DNA of 64,000 nt from a virus. Lineage: Duplodnaviria; Caudoviricetes. This document shows positions 52,232-61,041 of the stretch, piece after piece (the first letter of the stretch is position 1; every line of letters starts with the position of its first letter). Below the pieces are notes generated by a model. That model was not told the origin of the DNA. It was given only the letters and a program-made list of their open reading frames with translations, and ran no database searches. The translations under genes were made by a program, and so were the position numbers. The stretch spans positions 1 to 64,000 of IMG/VR virus record IMGVR_UViG_3300032295_002791, one strand, 5' to 3'.

Positions 52232-54346
52232 ATGATGTCAACAGAAATCGAAAATGGTAATCCAGATCTAGCATACGCAGCTTCAAAACAGGCATCAATG
52301 TTTTCATTTAGGTTAACAGATGACTTTGTCACCACCTATAAAGACAAGGTAGTTCCATTTGGATATAGAGATGCTGCTGGAAATTCCGTTGGAGAAATAA
52401 CTTTCTTGCGCACATATTCTAGATTAAAAGATGATGGAACAAAAGAATCATGGACTGACGTTTGTGAAAGAGTAATCAATGGAATGTACTCATTGCAAAA
52501 GGATCACTGCAAAAAGAATCGTCTCCCATGGAATGATGCAAAGGCTCAGGCTTCAGCAAAAGAAGCATTTGATAGATTGTTTAATTTAAAGTGGACCCCA
52601 CCTGGACGTGGACTTTGGGCAATGGGAACAAACATTGTAAATATCCAAAAGAATTCGGCAGCACTTCAGAACTGCGCATTTGTATCTACAGCAGAAATGA
52701 ATAAGTTTAATCCAGCTAAGCCATTTGCATTCTTAATGGAAGCATCAATGCTGGGTGTTGGAGTTGGTTTTGACGACAAAGGTGCAGACAAAGACTTTAC
52801 TATCTTTGAGCCTAAAAAATCAGATACAAACATTCCAATTATAATAGCTGACACAAGAGAGGGCTGGGTTGAGTCAACCGCCCTACTGCTAAATTCATAT
52901 TTAAAACCAGATCAAGAGTCAGTAGAATTTGACTACACATTAATTCGCCCAGCTGGAACTCCAATTAAAACATTCGGTGGCGTAGCTGCAGGTCACGAGC
53001 CATTGGAAAAACTACATAATCATATAAGAAAGATGTTTACTGGACGTAAGGGCGATAAGTTAACGCGTGTAGATATAGCAGACATTGGGAACGTTATCGG
53101 AGTATGCGTAGTATCCGGAAATGTTCGTCGTTCAGCAGAGTTATTGATAGGTCGTTTGGATGATCAAGATTTCTTAAATCTTAAAAATTCAGAACGCTTT
53201 CCTGAGCGTAATTCATATGATTCATCTGCTCCAGGTTGGGGCTGGATGTCCAATAACTCAGTCGAGACAGCAGTCGGTGCAGATCTCTCTTCCATAGTTG
53301 AGGGTATATCTTTGAATGGTGAACCAGGTGTTATTTGGATGGACATGTCTCGTAAGTATGGAAGACTTGCAGATCCAGCAAATAATAAAGATCACAGAGT
53401 TGCTGGCTATAATCCATGTGCAGAGCAATCCCTGGAGTCATACGAGTGCTGCACGCTAGTAGAAACATACCTCAATCGTCACGATAGCTTGGAAGATTAT
53501 AAGCGTACTCTAAAGTTTGCGTATCTCTATGCTAAAACGGTTACACTACTCCCTACTCACTGGGAAGAAACAAACGCAATCATGCAACGTAATCGTCGCA
53601 TCGGTGCTTCAATGTCAGGTGTTGCAAACTTTGCCGATAGAGTAGGCGTACCAGCTTTGCGCGATTGGATGGATCAAGGTTATAAGACCATTCAGCGTTA
53701 TGACAATGTTTATTCTGAGTGGCTTGGAATTCGTGAGTCAATTAAGATGACAACAATTAAGCCATCTGGAACTGTTTCAATCCTTGTTGGAGAGTCACCA
53801 GGAGTCCACTGGACGCCAGGTGGAAAGTTCTTCAATAGAACAATACGCTTCTCAAATGATGACCCAATGCTACCATTATTTAGAATGGCAAACTATAGAG
53901 TTGAGCCAGCTTCTGAATCTCCAGACACTACGTCTGTAGTATATTTCCCAATCAAGTCTGATGCTGCAAGAGCAGAGCGTGACGTAACAATATTTGAAAA
54001 GATGTCTTTAGCTGCAACAGCTCAAAGATACTGGTCAGATAATTCCGTATCTGTTACAATATCATTCGATAAAGATACTGAAGCTCAGCACGTTGGGACG
54101 GTGTTGCATATGTATGATGGTCAATTAAAGACTGTATCATTCCTTCCTAGCGGAAATGACACCTATCCTCAAATGCCTTATACTCAGATAACAGAAGAAG
54201 AGTATGTAGATGCTGGTGTAAAGTTATTCCCGATAGATCTTACTGGTGTATACGCAGGAATGGCATCAGATGCAATTGGCGAAAGATACTGCACAACAGA
54301 TTCTTGTGAAATTAAGTTCATAAAGGATAACTCAAAAGCCAATTAA
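52232..54346 (+). CDS. nrdJ: Class II (adenosylcobalamin-dependent) ribonucleotide reductase
   Basis: PPGRGLW, ALQNCAF, VVSGNVRRSA, YNPCAEQSL, TTIKPSGTVS, C-terminal YCTTDSC. Confidence 0.95.
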   Translation: MMSTEIENGNPDLAYAASKQASMFSFRLTDDFVTTYKDKVVPFGYRDAAGNSVGEITFLRTYSRLKDDGTKESWTDVCERVINGMYSLQKDHCKKNRLPWNDAKAQASAKEAFDRLFNLKWTPPGRGLWAMGTNIVNIQKNSAALQNCAFVSTAEMNKFNPAKPFAFLMEASMLGVGVGFDDKGADKDFTIFEPKKSDTNIPIIIADTREGWVESTALLLNSYLKPDQESVEFDYTLIRPAGTPIKTFGGVAAGHEPLEKLHNHIRKMFTGRKGDKLTRVDIADIGNVIGVCVVSGNVRRSAELLIGRLDDQDFLNLKNSERFPERNSYDSSAPGWGWMSNNSVETAVGADLSSIVEGISLNGEPGVIWMDMSRKYGRLADPANNKDHRVAGYNPCAEQSLESYECCTLVETYLNRHDSLEDYKRTLKFAYLYAKTVTLLPTHWEETNAIMQRNRRIGASMSGVANFADRVGVPALRDWMDQGYKTIQRYDNVYSEWLGIRESIKMTTIKPSGTVSILVGESPGVHWTPGGKFFNRTIRFSNDDPMLPLFRMANYRVEPASESPDTTSVVYFPIKSDAARAERDVTIFEKMSLAATAQRYWSDNSVSVTISFDKDTEAQHVGTVLHMYDGQLKTVSFLPSGNDTYPQMPYTQITEEEYVDAGVKLFPIDLTGVYAGMASDAIGERYCTTDSCEIKFIKDNSKAN

Positions 54347-54347
54347 A

Positions 54348-54356
54348 TGATATAAT
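54348..54356 (+). promoter_or_regulatory. Extended -10 promoter giving a probable leaderless thyX mRNA
   Basis: TG-A-TATAAT ends 7 nt before ATG 54364; no SD sequence. Confidence 0.55.
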
Positions 54357-54363
54357 GTATCCT

Positions 54364-55077
54364 ATGGAAGATACTAATAATATAGGAAAATCTATAGCTG
54401 TTTTAGACAATGGCTATGTTAGATTAGTTGATGTTATGGGTTCGGATCTTTCTGTTGCAAATGCGGCTAGAGCTTCGTTTGCAAAAGAAAGTTCCCAAAT
54501 GTCAACAGACGACGCTAGATTGATAAATTTTCTTGCAAGAGAAAACCATATGTCGCCGTTCAGACACGCTTTTGCTACGTTTGAATTTAAGGCACCACTG
54601 CTTGTTGCTAGACAGCATTGGAAGTACGTCGTTGGCGCTGATCATACCATGGATTCCTGGAATGAATCATCCCGTAGATATGTTACGATGGACCCAGAAT
54701 TTTATATCCCAAAACTTGATGAATGGAGACTTGCTCCAGACAATAAAAAGCAGGGTTCTGGTGGCCCTATAGACCCGTGGACGGGCTCTGTTTTAACGGC
54801 AGAGCTAAAGAAGTATGTAGAGCAGGGCGAAGCCTTATATACAATGGCAATGGGCAATGGGGTAGCCCCAGAGCAAGCTCGCTTGTTCCTTCCAGCCTAC
54901 GGAATGCACGTTGTATATAGGTGGTCTTGCAGCTTACAATCAGTTGCGTTGTTTTTGAATCAAAGATTGTCAGAAGATGCTCAACATGAGATAACCGATT
55001 ATGCAAAAGCTGTACAGGAATTAATAAATCCACACTTCCCGATCTCACTATCATGTCTAGTAGCCAAATATGTATAA
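54364..55077 (+). CDS. thyX: Flavin-dependent thymidylate synthase
   Basis: VLDNGYVRLVD.MGSD..ANAARASF, HMSPFRH, WNESSRRY, GVAPEQARLFLP, AQHEI. The start is probably 54364 rather than 54355. Confidence 0.9.
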   Translation: MEDTNNIGKSIAVLDNGYVRLVDVMGSDLSVANAARASFAKESSQMSTDDARLINFLARENHMSPFRHAFATFEFKAPLLVARQHWKYVVGADHTMDSWNESSRRYVTMDPEFYIPKLDEWRLAPDNKKQGSGGPIDPWTGSVLTAELKKYVEQGEALYTMAMGNGVAPEQARLFLPAYGMHVVYRWSCSLQSVALFLNQRLSEDAQHEITDYAKAVQELINPHFPISLSCLVAKYV

Positions 55078-55240
55078 AGATTTATTATTATCATTTCTAT
55101 TAACAGTTTGCTTTAACTGGACAATAGCTATGCAGATACTTAATCAGACATCTAAAGATAAAAGAACTAGAGTAGTTTCTGTATCACTTGCCTTAGCCAC
55201 GCCATTCGTATTTGGTATGATCATATTTTCATTGTTATGA
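55070..55240 (+). CDS. Small two-TM membrane protein (56 aa; absent from the ORF track)
   Basis: MYKDLLLSFLLTVCFNWTIAMQILNQTSKDKRTRVVSVSLALATPFVFGMIIFSLL fills the gap exactly, with ATGA overlap into the next gene. Confidence 0.7.
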   Translation: MYKDLLLSFLLTVCFNWTIAMQILNQTSKDKRTRVVSVSLALATPFVFGMIIFSLL

Positions 55241-55704
55241 AACAATTTTCTAAAAAAGATATTCAATTCATGAAACTGTGTTTTGAGGCGTCAAAGATCT
55301 TTTCCACATGCGGAAAGAAACAGTATGCAGCTCTGCTTGTGGATGATATGAATCACATTGTTGGCTTTGGCTATAATGGTGGACCAAGAAATACAGTTCA
55401 TTGTAAAGATGGTGGCTGTAAAAGATTCTTAGAAAACTCTCAAAGTGGTTCAGTGTATGATAACTGCATAGCAATCCATGCAGAAGCAAATGCACTTCTT
55501 CATTCTGATTATAATTCAAAGCCAACAAAGCTTTACGTGAATGGACCACCCTGCTTCAATTGTGCTAAACTGATATGCAATAGCACATTAAAGACAGTCT
55601 ATTATTCAGAAGACTCAGATTATAAAAACTGGGAAGAAGTAAAGTCTTTTATTAATAATGCAAATATAGAAACTATAAAGGTAGATACGAGTGCCAGCAT
55701 CTAA
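55237..55704 (+). CDS. dCMP deaminase
   Basis: STC, GYNGGP, IHAEANAL, PCFNCAKLI zinc motifs. Confidence 0.9.
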   Translation: MKQFSKKDIQFMKLCFEASKIFSTCGKKQYAALLVDDMNHIVGFGYNGGPRNTVHCKDGGCKRFLENSQSGSVYDNCIAIHAEANALLHSDYNSKPTKLYVNGPPCFNCAKLICNSTLKTVYYSEDSDYKNWEEVKSFINNANIETIKVDTSASI

Positions 55705-55918
55705 ATTAAATTATGTTGTAGTATACAAAAACCATAGTCAAGTATATGGTTGCTCATCCCCAAAGATAGCAATTGAATCACCGGCTCCAGATGGCTTAAC
55801 ACAAGAGGACAAAAATATATTCTTTGTTACATTTGAACCAGATACTGATAATATATGTCTTCACAAATATGAGCATGACGCTATTGGCGGCTTTGATTTG
55901 GATGATAAAAGTAAGTAG
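55691..55918 (+). CDS. Hypothetical protein
   Basis: GTG-start ORF packed in the operon. Confidence 0.55.
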   Translation: MPASKLNYVVVYKNHSQVYGCSSPKIAIESPAPDGLTQEDKNIFFVTFEPDTDNICLHKYEHDAIGGFDLDDKSK

Positions 55919-55923
55919 GAATT

Positions 55924-56166
55924 ATGGCTAAGAAAATAAATGAAAAGAAAAAAGTAAATATTAAGCTTGAATCAGGTCAAACATATTTAATAACATCAAT
56001 AGATGAGATGTTGCAAATAGCAAATTCCCTGATACACTTAGCGTCTTCTGCAAAAGATGAAAAGGAAAGAATAAACATTCTTCATCTAAGCGAAGAAGCA
56101 ATAAAAGCCATAAATGAAAATCAATTCATTAGCAAAGTAACCCATGAGGAAGATGATAGCTGGTAA
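55924..56166 (+). CDS. Hypothetical protein
   Basis: RBS AGGA, packed ORF. Confidence 0.65.
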   Translation: MAKKINEKKKVNIKLESGQTYLITSIDEMLQIANSLIHLASSAKDEKERINILHLSEEAIKAINENQFISKVTHEEDDSW

Positions 56167-56168
56167 AA

Positions 56169-56972
56169 ATGATCGATCTATGTGTAGTCAACTATAATAC
56201 AAAAGATTTACTTAAACGCTTTTTGGATTCACTTCACAGTGATGTCAATGAGCAAAATAAGATATGGAATCTTTACGTATGTGATAATGGATCTTCTGAC
56301 GGAAGCTGGCCTTGGATAGAACAAAATAGAAGTTCATATCAGATTAATGCAGGATGGAACAATGATAACATTGGTTACTCCGCAGCGTGCAATGGTATGG
56401 CTAGCTACTCATCTGGAGATATAATTTGCTTGTTGAATGCAGATGTTTGGCTAACAACTAATGATCTAGTTAAAGTTCAAAACATATTTGATAGCAACTC
56501 TGATATCCACATTCTTGGACCAAAGCAAAGAGATGAAAATGGTTTCATTACACACGCTGGAATTGTAGGAACCAATACGGCTCCAGCACATAGGGGTTGG
56601 AGACAGCACGATCCTAATGATGTACTATTTAAAGATAGAATAGACTGCGTTACGGTTTCAGGTTCAGCATACTTCATTAGAAGATCTGTATGGGAAGCCC
56701 TGAGATATGACTCAGAGTATGCAAAAATGTATCCTGGAGCACTAGGAGCATTCTTACCAACTCCTCACTACTACGAAGAGACTTGGTGTTCGTACTTTGC
56801 ACGTCATCGCGGGTATAGAGTAGTGTATGATGGTAGCGTATCAATCGGTCATAGCTGGCACGCTTCTTCGCCAAAACCGGGTGAAGGCTTTAGTTATGCA
56901 GACAGTCAATTTAAGTTAAGTCAAGAAATATTTCGCAAAGCCTGCGACACTATAGGAATAGAAAGAGATTAA
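56169..56972 (+). CDS. Glycosyltransferase family 2
   Basis: VVNYN, CDNGSSDGS, NIGYSAACN, LLNAD, VSGSAYFIRR, YYEET. Confidence 0.9.
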   Translation: MIDLCVVNYNTKDLLKRFLDSLHSDVNEQNKIWNLYVCDNGSSDGSWPWIEQNRSSYQINAGWNNDNIGYSAACNGMASYSSGDIICLLNADVWLTTNDLVKVQNIFDSNSDIHILGPKQRDENGFITHAGIVGTNTAPAHRGWRQHDPNDVLFKDRIDCVTVSGSAYFIRRSVWEALRYDSEYAKMYPGALGAFLPTPHYYEETWCSYFARHRGYRVVYDGSVSIGHSWHASSPKPGEGFSYADSQFKLSQEIFRKACDTIGIERD

Positions 56973-56973
56973 A

Positions 56974-57372
56974 ATGTCAGATAAATTAAACCCATGGATT
57001 TATAATGCAGAAGTTAAAAAGGTAGTTGATGGTGATACATTCGATATTATTATTGACCTTGGATTTGACACCCTAAAGAAAGGCAGAGTTCGCATGTACG
57101 GAGTTAATACTCCAGAGAGCCGCACATCAAATCTTGAAGAAAAGAAAATGGGATTGGCCGCAAAAGAATTTACTGATCAATGGTTGACCAAGGCAAATCA
57201 TAAGGTAAAGATTGAAACAATCATTGACAAGAATGAGAAGTATGGTAGAATTCTTGCAAGAGTGTGGAATGAAGCTGGAGAATGTCTTAACACTGAAATT
57301 GTTAAGGCTGGATTAGCTAGAGAATACTTTGGTGTAGGCGACAAAACTTTTGAGGAATTCAAGAAGGCATAA
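56974..57372 (+). CDS. Thermonuclease (SNase-like)
   Basis: VVDGDT, VRMYGVNTPE, KYGRILA, LN.EIVKAGLA. Confidence 0.9.
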   Translation: MSDKLNPWIYNAEVKKVVDGDTFDIIIDLGFDTLKKGRVRMYGVNTPESRTSNLEEKKMGLAAKEFTDQWLTKANHKVKIETIIDKNEKYGRILARVWNEAGECLNTEIVKAGLAREYFGVGDKTFEEFKKA

Positions 57373-57800
57373 TGCAAACATTTTTACCATACGCAGATTT
57401 GCAAGAGTCAGTTCGGGTATTAGATTATCGTAGACTAGGAAAGCAACGAGTAGAAACTTTCCAAGTCTTAAACATTTTACTTGATCGCACTCCAACAAAA
57501 GGTTGGCGCAATCATCCAGTTACTGTTATGTGGACTGGCTATGAATCAGCATTACAGCTATATCAAAACTACACAATCCAGGAATGGATTAGCAGAGGGT
57601 ATAAAAACACAATGCTTTTAGAAGACTTTGATATGAATTCTGTGGTCATGCCGCACTGGTTTGGATTGGAAGAGTTTCATCGTTCACATAGATCCAATTT
57701 ACTGCGTAAAGATTATGAATATTATTCCCAATATTTTGACGAAGATCCAACGCTAGAATATTATTGGCCAACGGAGAAGTACAGTGCAGCACTTGGGTGA
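57372..57800 (+). CDS. Pyrimidine-dimer DNA glycosylase-like protein (DenV/MSMEG_6728-like)
   Basis: MQTFLPY..LDYRRLGKQRVE..WRNHPVTVMW..SHRSNLLRKD. Confidence 0.8.
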   Translation: MQTFLPYADLQESVRVLDYRRLGKQRVETFQVLNILLDRTPTKGWRNHPVTVMWTGYESALQLYQNYTIQEWISRGYKNTMLLEDFDMNSVVMPHWFGLEEFHRSHRSNLLRKDYEYYSQYFDEDPTLEYYWPTEKYSAALG

Positions 57801-58344
57801 CGGTATTTATTACCTTGAAGATTTTTTCCCTTTACATAAAGAATTAAAAAAAGAAGTAGAGATACAATGTGATGAGGTTACTTTTTTAGATTATGAAAAT
57901 AAAGAAATACCTCATAGTATTAAAGATAGGTCTGGTTATTTTTTAATTAAAAATGTATCTCCACTATCTAATCTAATATTAGAATTAAATTCTTTGATTC
58001 AATCAAAAATTGAATTGTCTTTAAATAAAAAACTTATAAGTCAGTGGAAAAATACAGAGAATGTTGGCGTAATAGGTCGTTATCCAATTGGTGGATCAAT
58101 GCCAGATCATCAGGATAGAGTATATTTAAGCAATGAATATTATTTTTATTCATCTGTTTATTATATAAATCAAAATTATAAAGGTGGTAGACTTTTTTTT
58201 CCAGAAAAAAATATAGGAATAAATCCAAAAGAAAATTCTATAGTTTTACTGCCTTCGCATCTAATGCATAGATCAGAAGAAATAATAGATGGTCAAAAAA
58301 TAATTTCAGCAACTTTTTTTAAGGAAGTACAAAATGCAAACTAG
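57784..58344 (+). CDS. 2OG-Fe(II) oxygenase (prolyl-4-hydroxylase-like)
   Basis: HQD, SSVYYINQNYKGGRLFF, distal H in HRSEEI..GQK. Confidence 0.8.
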   Translation: MQHLGDGIYYLEDFFPLHKELKKEVEIQCDEVTFLDYENKEIPHSIKDRSGYFLIKNVSPLSNLILELNSLIQSKIELSLNKKLISQWKNTENVGVIGRYPIGGSMPDHQDRVYLSNEYYFYSSVYYINQNYKGGRLFFPEKNIGINPKENSIVLLPSHLMHRSEEIIDGQKIISATFFKEVQNAN

Positions 58345-58747
58345 GGTTTTTTTATCCGGTGCAATAGAAGACGTTCAATCTGATTTTAAATATAGTTGGA
58401 GAGATGAAGCAACAGATCTATTGGAGTACAGAGGATTTAAGGCTGTTAACCCAATGGACTACGCTTTAGAGGAAGATGATTGTGAACCAAAAGAGATAGT
58501 AGATAAAAATCTTTTTCTACAAAAAAGTTGTGATATTCTTTTAGTAGAATACAGATTACTTTATAGAGCTTACATAGGCACAGACTTTGAAATGACGTGG
58601 GCACACCTAAATAATCAACCAATAATTGTTTGGGCTCACCAAGATTTACAACATAGAATTTATCTTAAGTTTCTTGCCACAAAACTTGCAGATACATTAG
58701 AAGAAGCTGTAGAATATATTTGCAATACATATCCATCAAGTAAATAG
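58334..58747 (+). CDS. Nucleoside 2-deoxyribosyltransferase-like / nucleotide N-hydrolase
   Basis: VFLSGAI, SWRD, NPMD, SCDILLV, IGTDFEM. Confidence 0.75.
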   Translation: MQTRVFLSGAIEDVQSDFKYSWRDEATDLLEYRGFKAVNPMDYALEEDDCEPKEIVDKNLFLQKSCDILLVEYRLLYRAYIGTDFEMTWAHLNNQPIIVWAHQDLQHRIYLKFLATKLADTLEEAVEYICNTYPSSK

Positions 58748-58762
58748 CCGAAAGGAAAACTA

Positions 58763-58957
58763 ATGGCTGAAAATAAATTCAAGTACTTCACAATTACTAC
58801 AACTTCAATTGTTAAGGCACCTACTGTAGCTGAAGCACAGAAGATTGCATCGAGCAATTCACGCAAGGTATCTGGAACTCGTGGAGAGCTTTTGTTCAAG
58901 GATGTTGATGTTCAGCGCATCACAGCTGTTGAAGCAAGAGAGCAAATCGAAGGTTAA
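58763..58957 (+). CDS. Small protein (64 aa) homologous to the N-terminal domain of the phosphoesterase
   Basis: RBS AAGGA and its own terminator. KYFTITTTSIVKAPTVAEAQKI..GELL matches KNFVITNKYIVRAPNIGQAKSI..GDLL. Confidence 0.7.
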   Translation: MAENKFKYFTITTTSIVKAPTVAEAQKIASSNSRKVSGTRGELLFKDVDVQRITAVEAREQIEG

Positions 58958-58970
58958 TTATTATTGGATC

Positions 58971-59005
58971 GGGGTGGTGGCGTAATAGCTGCCACCCCTT
59001 TAATT
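58971..59005 (+). terminator. Intrinsic terminator
   Basis: GGGGTGGTGGC-GTAATA-GCTGCCACCCC followed by TTTAATT. Confidence 0.8.
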
Positions 59006-59015
59006 AAGGACTACA

Positions 59016-59729
59016 ATGTCTAATCAAAAAATCATTGCCCAAATAGTTGGAAGAAATGAAGAAGATAGATTTTTAAAAAGCGTTTTAAGTAGACTATCAA
59101 CTCAGGTTGATGAAATTGTTTTTACCGACGACTGCTCCGAAGATAACACTGCAAAGATAGCCGCAGATTACGCTCACGTATATAGAACCCCTGAGCCAAC
59201 TTTTGCTGTGCATGAGGGAAGACTAAGAACAACTGCTTGGTCTAATTTAGAAAAGCATGCTAATCCAGGGGATTGGATTATTGCCATAGATTGTGATGAA
59301 ATGCTCTATAGCTTAGACAATATGGATTCTCCGGACGTAAGAACAGTATTAAATTCTTCAGAAAAAGATGTTGTAAACGTGAGATTTTATCACATGTGGA
59401 ATGAAACAGCGTATAGAGTAGATAAGCTTTGGGCACCAAACAATAGCTCAAGAATATTTAGGTTTATATCTGGTGGTCAATTTGCCGACAGAGCTTTGGC
59501 ATGTGGATCTGAGCCAACATATGTTTCTGAATGGATCAAGAGAAGAAACTTTTGGGTAAATTCGGGTCTAGTAATGCAACACCTTGGTTACATTTTTGAT
59601 CAAGATAAGCAAAAGAAATATGAAAGATACTCCCAAATAGATGGTGGAAAGTATCATAATTTATCTCACATTAATTCTATATTAGATGAATCTCCAGTGT
59701 TAATTAACTGGGGAAACTTTGGACTTTAA
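59016..59729 (+). CDS. Glycosyltransferase family 2-like (GT-A)
   Basis: GRNEEDRFL, TDDCSEDNT, DWIIAIDCDE, QHLGY. Confidence 0.85.
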   Translation: MSNQKIIAQIVGRNEEDRFLKSVLSRLSTQVDEIVFTDDCSEDNTAKIAADYAHVYRTPEPTFAVHEGRLRTTAWSNLEKHANPGDWIIAIDCDEMLYSLDNMDSPDVRTVLNSSEKDVVNVRFYHMWNETAYRVDKLWAPNNSSRIFRFISGGQFADRALACGSEPTYVSEWIKRRNFWVNSGLVMQHLGYIFDQDKQKKYERYSQIDGGKYHNLSHINSILDESPVLINWGNFGL

Positions 59730-59738
59730 GGAATAGCT

Positions 59739-60392
59739 ATGAAAAACGTAAACAAATCCCTTATTCAATTAACAAGTTTAATGAACAGCAACCAAAAATT
59801 TGCTTTTATTAACATATCAAAATCTTCAATTATAGGATTAAATAAAAAGAGCGAAAAGTCTTTTGCTCCAAATATCTCTAAAGAGATAATTAATTCTATT
59901 AACATCTCTGGAAATAGAGTTATGAAAAATGTTTCCTATGATTTAATGAAAGAAATATCTGAAGGAAAGCATTCGGCAATCGGATTAAATAAGGAAACAT
60001 ACTATCATTCTCCAAATGTTTTTGAGTACTACTTCGAAAACAATAAGGATGTATTTGATTCTATTGTTTCTTTCTACATTAGGAATACTCCATCAGTAGT
60101 CGTTTCTCTGCATGATCAAAAAAGAGTTTCAAATGTTCTTGGATTAAAAGATAATGTTATTAATATTTCATATGGGAATATGTATAAGAGACACGAAGAA
60201 ATCTTTAATGATATAGCAAAGTTAAATAACAAAGTTCAATATTGCCTGTTGGACTGCAGCTCATTAGGACTTGCTCTATCCCATAAGATATGGAACGAAT
60301 TAAATATGTCTATTATAGACCTAGGCAAAACATTAAACTTTATCAAGGACAACAACCAAAACTCGGCAGCTACAACAGCAGCACATGCCTAA
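59739..60392 (+). CDS. GT-D-fold-like protein
   Basis: The C-terminal CLLDCSSLGLALSHKIW..SIIDLGK resembles the GT-D/DUF1792 L..G..A..L..iDiG end. Adjacent to GT2. Confidence 0.45.
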   Translation: MKNVNKSLIQLTSLMNSNQKFAFINISKSSIIGLNKKSEKSFAPNISKEIINSINISGNRVMKNVSYDLMKEISEGKHSAIGLNKETYYHSPNVFEYYFENNKDVFDSIVSFYIRNTPSVVVSLHDQKRVSNVLGLKDNVINISYGNMYKRHEEIFNDIAKLNNKVQYCLLDCSSLGLALSHKIWNELNMSIIDLGKTLNFIKDNNQNSAATTAAHA

Positions 60393-61041
60393 TAGTTTCC
60401 AAGATAGAGAAGAAGTAGAACACTTAACCGATTTATTATTTGATACATCCATGTCCTTGGCTGAGATAGCCAAGGAGCTTGGATGGACTATAAATTATTT
60501 AAACAAAGAAATAAATAGACTTGGTTTGAATTGGTTAAAGAACTCTAAGAAAAAAATGTCTAGAGGACAAACTGCTCTAACTGCAATCATGCAGAAGCTT
60601 CTTCCTGGAGAAAAAATAATTAACGAGTTTCACATTGGTGATCGACTTAAGTTAGATGTTTACTGCCCAAAATATCAGATAGCCGCTGAATATCATGGCA
60701 GACAACATTTTTTTTATACTCAAAGATTTTTTGATTCAAAGTATGAATTCGAAGAAGCTCTTGAAAGAGACAATAAAAAAATGGAGTTGTGTAAGCAAAA
60801 CGGTATAGCTCTTATTGTTTTTAGGTATAATGATAAGCTAACAGAAGAGTCAGTCTTTGAAAGAATGATGGAAGCCATTAGGCATAGTCCATATCTTCCC
60901 AAGGATAAACCAAAAAAAAGCGTTGTAGATACAACAGCTTATAAGATGGTTAAGAAGAAGAATTCTGAGTACAGAAAAAAAGCATACAGATTGGCAAAAG
61001 AAAAAAGAAATGACAGTGGAAACAACAAACGAAATAAATAA
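60385..61041 (+). CDS. HTH plus Vsr/DUF559-like endonuclease
   Basis: MSLAEIAKELG HTH; LKLDVY..AAEYHGRQH..RDNKK..C..NGI.LIVF. Confidence 0.7.
   Translation: MPNSFQDREEVEHLTDLLFDTSMSLAEIAKELGWTINYLNKEINRLGLNWLKNSKKKMSRGQTALTAIMQKLLPGEKIINEFHIGDRLKLDVYCPKYQIAAEYHGRQHFFYTQRFFDSKYEFEEALERDNKKMELCKQNGIALIVFRYNDKLTEESVFERMMEAIRHSPYLPKDKPKKSVVDTTAYKMVKKKNSEYRKKAYRLAKEKRNDSGNNKRNK

Noticed and set aside
60385-61041. Homing endonuclease or mobile element
   Set aside because: It is a Vsr-like fold with HTH, overlapping both neighbours, with no sign of an insertion. It is treated as a resident gene.
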